A stretch of DNA of 52,142 nt from a virus (taxonomy: Duplodnaviria > Caudoviricetes), in IMG/VR virus record IMGVR_UViG_3300042197_000494, positions 1-52,142 of that record. One strand, 5' to 3'. Position 1 is the stretch's first letter. Every line of letters begins with the position of its first letter. The notes below the pieces were generated by a model. That model was not told where the DNA came from. It did no database searches and saw only the letters and a program-made list of their open reading frames with translations. A program made the translations under genes and the position numbers. Below, piece by piece: positions 45,691 through 52,142 of this stretch.

Positions 45691-46414
45691 CAGGTGTTTC
45701 CGCCGTTAAATCGATTATTTTCATATTTACTCCATACATAACTTTATCTTGAATATAGTCAACAGTATATGTAGTTCCTCGCGCCAAAACAATTTCAAAC
45801 TCTTGACTATCTGGAATTAAAACACCTTTAGCGTCACTACCATCAATTCTAAGGATTGTTGCTGATTCTCCCTCTCTAATCCCGCCGATTACACCACCAC
45901 TTGATTTTGAAAAACCTGCCGCAGTAATCGGATCGGTAGTTGTAGATTGGAACAAAGGCGAAACAAATGAATCACCAACTTTGAGATTATCAAGCCCCTC
46001 GGTTTGACCACGATACAAATAACCATCATAGTCAACTAGCGAAGCCATATTTTCGTCAAACTTATCGATTACAAATTGAGCATCTTCCGACGGCTCGCCA
46101 CTGAGTAATCCTCCTTGAACTCGACGATAATTTTCGCCTTGCCATTGTTGGGCTGCTGATTGGAATTGTTCATCTTCCGTATAGTACGCAACTTTTTGTT
46201 GATATTCTCTGTAGTCGCTTCGACCTGCTTTTGTAGGAGTTAGGAATAGTCCAACACTTGTTTCGCCACTTCCACCGCCCCTGCCTCCCGCATGATTTTG
46301 TTGGTTATGTTTTCCAGGAGCATGTTTTTCTAAATAATTTTTCTCAAATCGCACAAGAACTGGCATTGCTATTTCTGTTTCCCTAATCTCGCTTGGTTCA
46401 ATAGTGCTAATCAC
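45683..46414 (-). CDS. ADP-ribosyltransferase (VIP2/Alt-like R-S-E clade)
   Basis: LYRG, FQSTT, QEFEIVLARG; KHAPGKHNQQNH tag. Confidence 0.8.
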   Translation of the reverse strand: MISTIEPSEIRETEIAMPVLVRFEKNYLEKHAPGKHNQQNHAGGRGGGSGETSVGLFLTPTKAGRSDYREYQQKVAYYTEDEQFQSAAQQWQGENYRRVQGGLLSGEPSEDAQFVIDKFDENMASLVDYDGYLYRGQTEGLDNLKVGDSFVSPLFQSTTTDPITAAGFSKSSGGVIGGIREGESATILRIDGSDAKGVLIPDSQEFEIVLARGTTYTVDYIQDKVMYGVNMKIIDLTAETPDE

Positions 46415-48281
46415 CTAATACTCCCTTATTTTCTGTTGAACCGATTGTGAATTTTAATAAATTTGCTTGTTGATTAAAACCTTCTGCTTCTAGTAAAGCA
46501 ACCCAAGTTGAATACCATCTTAGGCTATGACCACCACCTGCTCTTCCTCTTTGTGGTGTATTTTCTTTTAGTTTCCAACTGCCTTCCATCATGTGTGCTG
46601 CTTCATGTAATAGTGAAATTTTAGTTGTGCCACGACTTCTAACGACAAATACTGGTATATCTTTATCTTTAAATGGACTATCGCTCGGTAAATTATTAGT
46701 TAATCCTGCTGCTACCGCTGCCTCTATTGACTTGCCCTTAAATTGCTTATCTCCATCACTACTGGTAGAAAATACTCTATTACCATAACCATACTTGTTT
46801 AATACTTCTGTCATATAATCATCACACTCGTCTGGTGTAAGTAAAACTTGATCCTTGTTCAAATTATCAAATACTAAACCTGCTCCTCTTTCTATATTCT
46901 GATTATCAACACCATCTTCATCGTCAATCCAATTTACATTTTCCCAAAGATTGTAAGTTTTACCATTTGGAAGTGTCGCTGTTCCTGCTGGTTTATTTAT
47001 ATCTATATTCTTTGGTCCTGCCCCACCACCACCTTTGCCACCATGAGTTTTCTGGTCGTGTTTTCCCGGTAGGTGTTTCACTAACCACCAAGACTCTGCT
47101 TCTTTTCTTAACTTAGTTCCTAATCTTGAAGCCCTACCATTACAAGAGCGACATAATACTCTTAGATTCTTTCGGTCATATTTGGCTCCACCATCTTTCA
47201 ATCTTTTCTTGTGGTCGACTGTGAGGTCTGATTTACTTCCGCATCGCTGGCACTTGCCTATTCTTCTTTTCATTTCATTTGCTATTTTGCGCCATCTATA
47301 ATCGTAGTTGCGCCAAGTTTCTTCGCCGTCAGCAAATCGATAATATCTTTTTTCAACAACCTTTTCAAAGACTGGGTCTGCTGGAACAATAACTGCTGTA
47401 CATCTACAGTTTGGGTGATTAGTTGGCATAACATCACCAGTAGGGAATGCTTCTTCCCAGTCAATGGTCACATTGTGTAATGGTCCACAAACAGAGCAAA
47501 CTCTTTCATCTTGTGCGGTTTTCCATCTTTTTTGACTACCAGTAGGTAATAATCCTTGAGCGTCTGCTTCTACCCAAGAAAGATAGCGACCAGCGTTGGC
47601 AGCATTAACAGTTTCCGTTCTGGCAATTCTTGTAGCCCTCTGAACTAACAGTCTATCTCGATATTCCTTACTTAACTTAGTTACTATTTTAACAGCCTCT
47701 TCATAACCATAACCCTCTTCTAATAAATCGTTAAGATTCTTCTCATAGAAGTTACCTAGTGCTTTTGCTTGCCGAGCATCTAATCCTACAATTTTAGTTA
47801 TTCTATCGATTACTTCTTCTCTCTTAAGTTGGGTTTTAAGACTGCGAGCAATAGTTTCTGCAACTGCTTTCTGTGTTTCTTTAGTTATGCCAAGTATTCT
47901 TGCTCCTGCTCTTTTCTGCGCCCATGCTATTGCTCTTGGGTCTTGGGCGGTAAATGAAGATTCAATTCTTATTCTTTTGGGTAAACTCTTGGCACTGATA
48001 TTTGCAGATGACGCAACTTGTTGTGCTAACTTTGGAACTGTTTTATCTAGCGAGGTAATAAAGTCTCGCCACCGAAATGCGATAGCAGCGTCCATTGGGT
48101 TACCTGCTTCAACTGCTTCTCTTATTGTTCTTAATACTGAAGAATTATCTAAGTCTTTGGGCATGGAAGATAAAGCCTTGTAGTAAATATCATATATTTC
48201 TTGCTCGTATTTATTTAATTTTGCGGTTGGGCTGCGAAGAACTGGGTCGTTTCTTTTTCTTGCCTTGGTGATAAATGGCAT
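46407..48281 (-). CDS. MuF/SPP1 gp7-like minor head protein fused to HNH and zincin domains
   Basis: RA.RIARTET, W.T..DERVC..C, HPNCRC; CQRCG....LTVDH...NL.VLC.SCN; LLHEAAH. Confidence 0.85.
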   Translation of the reverse strand: MPFITKARKRNDPVLRSPTAKLNKYEQEIYDIYYKALSSMPKDLDNSSVLRTIREAVEAGNPMDAAIAFRWRDFITSLDKTVPKLAQQVASSANISAKSLPKRIRIESSFTAQDPRAIAWAQKRAGARILGITKETQKAVAETIARSLKTQLKREEVIDRITKIVGLDARQAKALGNFYEKNLNDLLEEGYGYEEAVKIVTKLSKEYRDRLLVQRATRIARTETVNAANAGRYLSWVEADAQGLLPTGSQKRWKTAQDERVCSVCGPLHNVTIDWEEAFPTGDVMPTNHPNCRCTAVIVPADPVFEKVVEKRYYRFADGEETWRNYDYRWRKIANEMKRRIGKCQRCGSKSDLTVDHKKRLKDGGAKYDRKNLRVLCRSCNGRASRLGTKLRKEAESWWLVKHLPGKHDQKTHGGKGGGGAGPKNIDINKPAGTATLPNGKTYNLWENVNWIDDEDGVDNQNIERGAGLVFDNLNKDQVLLTPDECDDYMTEVLNKYGYGNRVFSTSSDGDKQFKGKSIEAAVAAGLTNNLPSDSPFKDKDIPVFVVRSRGTTKISLLHEAAHMMEGSWKLKENTPQRGRAGGGHSLRWYSTWVALLEAEGFNQQANLLKFTIGSTENKGVLGD

Positions 48282-48302
48282 AACTAATAACGCTCTGCGT
48301 TT

Positions 48303-49679
48303 CTAGTCGTCATCGCCATCGTATGGTTCTTTTGTGTCTAATGCTGGCTCTTCGCTACCTCTATCTGCTTCTGGCTCTTCAGTTTCTTGTCCAAAGTCTA
48401 AATCATTATCTTTGCGACTAGCCATAGGTAGACCACCAAGACCTCGTAGATACTCTTCCATATCTTCGTCTGGAGTAATTACACCAGCAGTTGTTAGTTT
48501 GGCTACATAATCTGCTATCTCGGTCAAATCAACATGGCTGACATCTGAATAAGTTAATTCAGGAGTGCTTCCAATTTTCATACCATTCATTTTAAGTAAG
48601 CGAGGTATGGCATGATAGTTAATTGTTTCGGCAATAGATTTACAGATAGCCTCAACTGCCATTGTCCATAAATCAATCTTGCTGCTACCCAAAGCAAATG
48701 AACCAACTCTTTCATGACCTAATAAAATAAAGTCTGATAAAACAGACATGGCAATTCTTTGGTCATATCTTGATATAACTTTATCTGTATCAAATTGCCT
48801 TGATCCACCAGAGTTCAGTAACTCTAGCGAAAACATCTTATTACCTCTGTCGTCAAATACTAATGGAAATACAACACCTTCTTGTTCATTTCTTTTTACA
48901 TTTTGAACAATGCTAACAATGCTGTCTTTCACTGCTTGTTGGTCTGCTGTTGCGGTAGAACTTAAATATTCTGGTGGTATGTAAGCAATAGGTAGTCCTG
49001 CTAAATCTCTTTCTATACCGATTGCTTCCATTTCTTCAATGCGTCTCTTAAAATACCATGGGCGATAAGCAGTTCTTAATAATGATTTACCTTCTGGATT
49101 ATTCTTCTGTGTTGTTGTTCTAAACAGTAATGCTTTGTCGATAGGTATTCTATGTATGCCAGCACCATAGGGATCAATCTGTTCAAATCCTTGAATACCA
49201 CCATCAGCATCAAACAGCCAGTTGTTATGTGTCTCTTGTGCTCTAATTGGCCATTTACGCCAACCTATTTTTCCGTCACTGAAATTTGATCTACGAGTAG
49301 GGTCATCTGTTGCCATACCATCTCGTATTTTGTAAACTATTTCATGGAAAGCATATCCATAAACTAACATAGATAAAATTGAAGATATAGTGCTATCCCA
49401 TGAATCACTCATGTCATACAAGCACTGCTCTATAAACTCTGCTGTTTCTCTATCTTCTTCCTTATCGCTGACTGGTTCAACAGTCCATTCAAGTCTTAGA
49501 ATAATCTTTTCTATGGCGTAAAGAATTGAGCCAATTACTGGATCGTTCTCAGACATTTCACGATAAACTTTTGCGCCACGACGACCACGCAGTGATACTA
49601 AGAATTCTTCATAAACTGTTCCACCAGTTCTTCTTAAACCAGTGGTACCAATTTCTGTTAAGTCGGGTCTCTTTGGCAT
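48303..49679 (-). CDS. portal protein (DUF935/Mu gp29-like)
   Basis: Y.EM...D..I, YG.AFHEIVY, NPEG.SLLR..Y.PWYFK, ERDLAG.P. Confidence 0.9.
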   Translation of the reverse strand: MPKRPDLTEIGTTGLRRTGGTVYEEFLVSLRGRRGAKVYREMSENDPVIGSILYAIEKIILRLEWTVEPVSDKEEDRETAEFIEQCLYDMSDSWDSTISSILSMLVYGYAFHEIVYKIRDGMATDDPTRRSNFSDGKIGWRKWPIRAQETHNNWLFDADGGIQGFEQIDPYGAGIHRIPIDKALLFRTTTQKNNPEGKSLLRTAYRPWYFKRRIEEMEAIGIERDLAGLPIAYIPPEYLSSTATADQQAVKDSIVSIVQNVKRNEQEGVVFPLVFDDRGNKMFSLELLNSGGSRQFDTDKVISRYDQRIAMSVLSDFILLGHERVGSFALGSSKIDLWTMAVEAICKSIAETINYHAIPRLLKMNGMKIGSTPELTYSDVSHVDLTEIADYVAKLTTAGVITPDEDMEEYLRGLGGLPMASRKDNDLDFGQETEEPEADRGSEEPALDTKEPYDGDDD

Positions 49680-49686
49680 TTACATT

Positions 49687-49872
49687 TCACCTATCCGTAT
49701 CATCGGTAATATCATCAAAGTCATCTTCCCTTACTATCATCTTACTCGTTATGTATAGTGCTTGGTTCTCTGTGAAGCCAGAAGCCACCAAAGAGGTAAA
49801 CATTTCATGTAGTGCTGTTGCTAGTTGTGCTAATGGGCTAAGCGGACTATCCCATTTACGAAACTCGGTCAT
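49687..49872 (-). CDS. hypothetical protein
   Basis: LHEMF.SL..SGF.E.QAL actinophage-type motif. Confidence 0.65.
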   Translation of the reverse strand: MTEFRKWDSPLSPLAQLATALHEMFTSLVASGFTENQALYITSKMIVREDDFDDITDDTDR

Positions 49873-50200
49873 CAGTCACCTCATCTACTTCCTCATTATA
49901 CCTGCCTGCTCCTACTTTACCCCTCTGTGAAGGCGCAAACAAAGCGTCAAGGTATATTGGCTCGGCTTTTATTTTGAGTTTCTTTCGAATACCACTTCTC
50001 TCTCTTTCTGTTTTACCGCCCCATATTCCAGTAACATCGTTCTGTAATGCGTAATTTAAGCAATCTTTTACCCATAAACACTTTGAACAAAGAGTTTTTG
50101 CTACTCTACCTGTCTGTCTATCTGCTGTTGGGAACCAAAGGTCTGGGTCTGTTTGTGCACATAATTGAGAGCCATCAAACTCTGGGTAGCGGTTCAACAA
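49856..50200 (-). CDS. whiB: WhiB-family transcription factor
   Basis: CAQTDPDLWFP...AK.LC..C.....CL.YAL......GIWGG.TERER. Confidence 0.95.
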   Translation of the reverse strand: MLNRYPEFDGSQLCAQTDPDLWFPTADRQTGRVAKTLCSKCLWVKDCLNYALQNDVTGIWGGKTERERSGIRKKLKIKAEPIYLDALFAPSQRGKVGAGRYNEEVDEVTDDRVS

Positions 50201-50203
50201 AAT

Positions 50204-50392
50204 TCATACCAACTCTGGCTGTTTTATTTTCATGGCTTCTATTTCACGACTGTATTTTTCAAGCGAGGTAGCCAGTGTTGCTGCCGTTAATAACCCTTCT
50301 ATTTGCTTGATTTCGGTGTCGGAATAAGACAACATTCTCTCCCGAGTGCGCTTTAATGCTCGGTCAAGTTCTTTGATGACAATTCCGTTCAT
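50204..50392 (-). CDS. hypothetical protein
   Basis: ORF upstream of whiB. Confidence 0.5.
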   Translation of the reverse strand: MNGIVIKELDRALKRTRERMLSYSDTEIKQIEGLLTAATLATSLEKYSREIEAMKIKQPELV

Positions 50393-50441
50393 ATCTAATA
50401 GTGTAGGGTATGAAGTGACTACTTGGTCAAGGGAGGGATTA

Positions 50442-51158
50442 ATGTTTAAGAAACTATTGTCGCAAAATAGTGAATTAAGACCTGACGGTATCTATAACTG
50501 GAGTTTACCTGCCTTTGCTATAAAACTAACAGACGGAACTAATTTTAATGTTTGCCCAAGCGCAGGGGCTTGTGCTTCGTTCTGTTATGCTAGAAATGGT
50601 ACTTATCTTTTTAGTAATGTAAAAAGTAGGCATATTAAGAATTTAGAATATACTCTATACCACCTTGAAGAGTGGAAAGCACAAATGCTACTTGAGGTTC
50701 AGCAAAAGAAAATGAAAGGAAAGCATGTCAGGATACACGATTCTGGAGATTTTTACAGCGACGATTATCTCCTTGCTTGGGTGGATATTGCTCGGCAAAC
50801 TCCTGAAGTAAATTTCTATGCCTACACGAAAGAGGTTAGTCGTTTCAAGAAATTGGTAGAACCTAACTGTCCTGAAAACTTTCGATACTTATATTCTATG
50901 GGTGGTAAGGAAGACCACTTGATTAACAAAGAACTTGATCGCCATGCCGATGTGTTCCCTGACGATGCTGCAATACTTGACGCAGGATATATGAACCAAG
51001 AGGCTTCTGATTTATTGGCAATAACATTACCCACAACTAAGATAGGCATACCTGCTAATAATATAAAACACTTTAATAAGAAAATGAACAGGCGTACTTT
51101 TTCAGAGTTACAGACGGAAAGAGATCAATTGAAAGAAAGGAAACTTAGTCATGGTTAG
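50442..51158 (+). CDS. GP88-family protein (Cys-triad, radical-SAM-like)
   Basis: Start ATG 50442 after GGAGG; CPSAGACASFCYA, VRIHDSGDFYS, FYAYTK. Confidence 0.8.
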   Translation: MFKKLLSQNSELRPDGIYNWSLPAFAIKLTDGTNFNVCPSAGACASFCYARNGTYLFSNVKSRHIKNLEYTLYHLEEWKAQMLLEVQQKKMKGKHVRIHDSGDFYSDDYLLAWVDIARQTPEVNFYAYTKEVSRFKKLVEPNCPENFRYLYSMGGKEDHLINKELDRHADVFPDDAAILDAGYMNQEASDLLAITLPTTKIGIPANNIKHFNKKMNRRTFSELQTERDQLKERKLSHG

Positions 51159-51342
51159 TTGGGTGTCTTTAATTTTAAGTATCTTTGCTTTTATGTTTAG
51201 TGTTACTGCTTTGTGTGTATCTATTTGGATTTATTTCAAGGGTGGGCATATTAAAACTTTAGAACCCGATGAGTTGTTTGATGCCCTACTTGAAGAAAAT
51301 GACGCAAGTATATTATTCAAAGAAGGACCATGGGACGATTAG
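51151..51342 (+). CDS. small membrane protein
   Basis: N-terminal TM; overlaps GP88 stop. Confidence 0.55.
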   Translation: MVSWVSLILSIFAFMFSVTALCVSIWIYFKGGHIKTLEPDELFDALLEENDASILFKEGPWDD

Positions 51343-51470
51343 TTTTTCCACCACTTATGGGCTACGAAAATAATGTAGAAACGCACAAACTGAATAGTTA
51401 TACTTTTATCCCAACTGTGGAATTGTATTGCTAATCCCCAATTATCTGTTATTCCCTTAAAAACTTTCAT
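51339..51470 (-). CDS. small hypothetical protein (43 aa)
   Basis: Manual [15 protein letters not shown]...WWKN. Confidence 0.35.
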   Translation of the reverse strand: MKVFKGITDNWGLAIQFHSWDKSITIQFVRFYIIFVAHKWWKN

Positions 51471-51750
51471 GGCTATCTCTCATTGCCCTTTCTTCTTGAA
51501 TCATACCCAATGTCAAGAAATATCCTATACCATCAACAACATTATCTAACTTGGGTGTATTCGTTTGTCTGCTAATTTTAATTCCAACCATACATAGTGC
51601 TACCTGCTCTGCTGTAACCCTCACTCCAAGTATTGCTTCCCATATCTTTCCTGCTCTCGTGAAATCATCAAGTGGGTGTCCGTATGAATCTTGTCTATCT
51701 CCTGTTACCAGATCGGCAGCATATGAAGCAATATCTCTTGGGTCGTTCAT
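51457..51750 (-). CDS. DUF6378-like protein (all-alpha NTP pyrophosphohydrolase-related)
   Basis: A..LV.GDRQ..YG.P...F.R...IW...L...QVA.CM...K..R......DN.VD..GY. Confidence 0.8.
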   Translation of the reverse strand: MNDPRDIASYAADLVTGDRQDSYGHPLDDFTRAGKIWEAILGVRVTAEQVALCMVGIKISRQTNTPKLDNVVDGIGYFLTLGMIQEERAMRDSHESF

Positions 51751-51763
51751 AATTTAACCTCCA

Positions 51764-52142
51764 TTACATTCTCGGTATAGACCAGTCATTGATTTGGGTG
51801 AGCGATAGGGGAACTGTTCCTGCCAGTGTTTGATAATTACCACTTAATTCTGTTAGTGCCCAAACTAAAGCATCTAATCTATCTGGTGATGTCCTAGAGT
51901 CTGGTGTCCAAAGAACCATTTGGTCTTCTAACTGTGGAAAGCCTCCTACATGGTGAACCCTACCTTGTTCATAGAGTGCTGATATTGGTTCTGCTCTTGT
52001 AGATTTATTTCGTGTCGCATGAACTTTCTTGACTGGCGCACTCCTATCTACCTGTTGTATAACCATAGCAACCATGTCTCCGCCATTATTCACTTCCGCA
52101 ATTATTCTGTCTGCTCTCCATCTTGTATATGCTTGAAGTGCT
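51764..52142 (-). CDS. terL: terminase large subunit, C-terminal nuclease domain (5'-truncated)
   Basis: AEVNNGGD, K..RAEP..ALYEQGRVHHVG....LEDQM, SPDRLDALVWA. Confidence 0.93.
   Translation of the reverse strand, partial: ALQAYTRWRADRIIAEVNNGGDMVAMVIQQVDRSAPVKKVHATRNKSTRAEPISALYEQGRVHHVGGFPQLEDQMVLWTPDSRTSPDRLDALVWALTELSGNYQTLAGTVPLSLTQINDWSIPRM

Noticed and set aside
47140-47330. HNH in MuF as an intron- or intein-borne homing endonuclease
   Set aside because: Frame is continuous and no intein splice motifs or group I intron core were recognised
50346-50441. N-terminal extension of GP88 ORF
   Set aside because: Overlaps a minus-strand ORF; GGAGG RBS supports ATG 50442
1-52142. tRNA genes, integrase/att site, stop-codon reassignment
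   Set aside because: No cloverleaf or recombinase recognised; genes are intact and tightly packed under the standard code

Overview
A near-complete, AT-rich tailed-phage genome (siphovirus-like: tape measure, frameshifted tail chaperone, no sheath) whose WhiB gene and actinophage-type genes point to an actinobacterial host, plausibly a low-GC freshwater lineage (inference). Almost all genes are on the minus strand. From right to left: terminase large subunit (partial), WhiB, portal, a head module with MuF-HNH-zincin fusion, ADP-ribosyltransferase, XkdF-protease polyprotein and several small proteins that share a His-rich KHxxxH[DN]QxxH tag, scaffold, capsid, glycine-rich appendage cluster, connectors, tail, lysis, an XRE regulator, an early region, recombination/replication genes, and a ParB-TET/JBP-glycosyltransferase DNA-modification cluster cut by the left edge. 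The main non-coding discovery is five complete type II hammerhead ribozymes in the early operon (12052-15464). Each cleavage site lies 49-56 nt upstream of a start codon, and four of the five overlap the stop codon of the preceding gene. A ~490-nt ORF-free structured RNA candidate lies directly upstream of the first ribozyme. A three-hairpin element at 2372-2524 carries loops complementary to the phage's own ribosome-binding sites. No tRNA, CRISPR array or integrase was recognised. Protein family calls come from motif recognition, not database searches.
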